DNA from: an uncultured delta proteobacterium
GTDB lineage: Bacteria; Desulfobacterota; Desulfobacteria; Desulfobacterales; Desulfatirhabdiaceae
Assembly (NCBI GenBank): GCA_963789395.1
Contig: CAWBKP010000021.1
Coordinates: 119,697-183,696 of the forward strand
DNA length: 64,000 nucleotides
Reading direction: 5' to 3'
Shown: in pieces, positions 62,914 to 64,000 of the stretch
Layout: each line of letters starts with the position of its first letter
Position numbering within the stretch: the stretch's first letter is position 1
The notes under the pieces: model-generated
The model's database searches: none
What the model was told of the DNA's origin: nothing
The model's input: only the letters and a program-made list of their open reading frames with translations
Made by a program: the position numbers and the translations under genes

Positions 62914-62930
62914 TGCAAAAAAAATGCCAA
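62914..62930 (-). promoter_or_regulatory. sigma54 promoter of the flp/tad operon
   Basis: TTGGCATTTTTTTTGCA: GG-N10-GC. Confidence 0.65.
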
Positions 62931-63488
62931 ACATGGTGAACTATGAATGTAATCCAAAATTACATTTAACTGTCAAACGGTTTATGGGCGCTTTAAAAAC
63001 AGATTTCGTCATAACATAATGGATTTTATGATGTGTTCTCTTTATGTTAAGAATCGCTCTCTGTAATAGGTTGTCAGTGATTATAGAAAAAATTAAAATT
63101 ATTTTGTAAAACTGATCTATTGGTCATATTATTGACATTAATGTTATTGGTGCAACGAGGACTTTTTATGGATATTTAAAAGTTTATATAAACATGATTT
63201 TATATCCTTCATTACGCCAGCTTTTGGGTATGGGCGTTGGTCGATATAGTGCACCTTATCAATAGTGATCATTAATAATAAATGGTTATACTTTAACCAA
63301 TTGCCGATGCATTGAATACCCATTCTATTTACCGGTATAAGAATGATGAGCGTTTTTGTCTTTTTGTCGGCTACGTTGCCGCCGTCATACTTAGTATCGT
63401 CTTTTTTCTTCAATACTTTAATGGTTTTTGTATCGCTGAATCAAACCTACCGTAGTGTAGGAGTCAGCAGTCATTGCAGGTAGCGGAT

Positions 63489-64000
63489 ATGAAGCGCGTG
63501 GACAGCCTAATGCGTCGGGCCGTTGAGGATCGGATATTCCCCGGAGGGGTTCTGCTGGTATCCAGGGACAACCGGATCGAGTTTTTTGAAGCCTATGGCA
63601 TTGCGGATCTGTTTTCAGGCGAACTGACAACGAAGAGAGACCATTTATGACCTGGCATCCTTGACCAAGCCGCTGGCTACCACCCTGGCAGTGATGCAGC
63701 TTATTCAGCAGTCCCGGCTGAGTCTGGATCAGACCGTGGTGTCGGTTCTGCCTCGTTTTCTGGATCCGATGACGGCACTGGTGACGGTTCGGCATTTACT
63801 CGCGCACAGTTCAGGTCTTGCGGATTATCGCCCCTATTACCTGAGCCTGCAGCATTTCCCTTTGCAGGAGAGAAGAGAGCATCTGGAAACATTGCTCATC
63901 CGGGAACCTCTACTATGTGATCCAGGCAGGCAGGTGCTTTATAGCGACCTGGGGTTCATGATTCTGCGCTGGATTGTGGAAACGATCTCCGGAAAGCGTC
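63489..64000 (+). CDS. Serine hydrolase (beta-lactamase family), partial, frameshifted
   Basis: IFPGGVLLV, YDLASLTK (SxxK), HLLAHSSGL, YSDLGF. Confidence 0.85.

Noticed and set aside
63144..63413. 89-aa ORF in AT-rich DNA
   Set aside because: TTG start, no recognisable domain; probably non-coding or decayed.

Overview
Bacterial chromosomal window. The gene set (Desulfovibrio-type bacterioferritin, selB-DUF2333, panP, REC-DUF4388, lexA-orf-dinB) suggests an anaerobic Desulfobacterota/deltaproteobacterium; this taxonomy is inferred. Many genes carry single-base frameshifts, often in homopolymers, which most likely reflect long-read assembly errors. Layout: (1) ~1.5-18.6 kb is an accessory, probably oxidative/light-stress region. 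It holds an operon for an RPH-like dikinase, PNPOx, SRPBCC, an atypical ADP-ribosylglycohydrolase and a methyltransferase; then uvsE-bfr; then a DUF1295-DUF2177-FAD oxidoreductase-DUF1365-cfa-(DUF2878 remnant) cluster resembling the furan fatty acid pathway, behind a Fur/PerR-like box. (2) UPF0182, GalT-like, TerC, and a Ni/Co ECF operon whose cbiM/nikM gene is internally deleted and which is preceded by a candidate leader-peptide attenuator. (3) A SRAP-lexA-orf-dinB mutagenesis cassette, ridA flanked by inverted MITE-like repeats, and a secreted Cache protein plus MCP. (4) Housekeeping and signalling genes: selB, OsmC, REC-DUF4388-Roadblock with a sensorless kinase, RsbW/STAS, panP, acyl-CoA ligase, MaoC, ldcA. 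(5) A ~14 kb AT-richer Tad/Flp pilus island with a sigma54 promoter, apparently inserted in the 3' end of ldcA and carrying an IS1634 with clear IRs and a 6-bp target duplication. No rRNA, tRNA or CRISPR array was seen. All family calls come from motif recognition, not database searches.
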